Made by a program: the position numbers and the translations under genes. Shown here piece after piece: positions 33,795 through 33,795 of a stretch of DNA of 33,795 bases. Each line of letters begins with the position of its first letter. The stretch's first letter is position 1. Location of the stretch: the IMG/VR virus record IMGVR_UViG_3300037140_000274, positions 1 through 33,795 of that record; one strand, 5' to 3'. The notes under the pieces were generated by a model that searched no databases, was not told the origin of the DNA, and saw only the letters and a program-made list of their open reading frames with translations. This DNA comes from a virus (Duplodnaviria > Caudoviricetes).

Positions 33795-33795
33795 G

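Noticed and set aside
1-33795. tRNA/rRNA genes, integrase, att sites and IS elements
   Set aside because: None recognisable. The window is almost fully coding, so a temperate versus lytic lifestyle cannot be decided here.

Overview
A 33.8-kb fragment of a GC-rich tailed dsDNA phage (or prophage) with podovirus-like organisation, arranged as two convergent arms. The + arm (1-6881) is a tightly coupled accessory/early region. It encodes a pentapeptide-repeat protein, a C5 cytosine methyltransferase, two HNH endonucleases, mosaic repeat-punctuated hypothetical proteins and an insertion-bearing GroES-like co-chaperonin. The - arm (33795-6952) is the late operon. In order it carries membrane/holin-like genes, a DUF6496-like basic protein, terminase large subunit, portal, scaffold, a DUF2292-like mini-protein with a structured RNA leader and terminator, decoration and major capsid proteins, an endonuclease VII, an adaptor, a beta-helix tailspike, a Gly-rich fibre, a tail nozzle and putative ejection proteins, the last with a lytic transglycosylase domain. 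The arms meet at a bidirectional terminator (6901-6930). The most unusual elements are (i) a PurD-like ATP-grasp ligase with altered substrate motifs, translationally coupled between ejection-protein genes, (ii) a DUF2292/YezD-like protein plus RNA attenuator-like element directly before the capsid genes, (iii) repeat-delimited modular genes and (iv) putative leaderless promoters. All product calls come from motif recognition by eye; no database searches were run.
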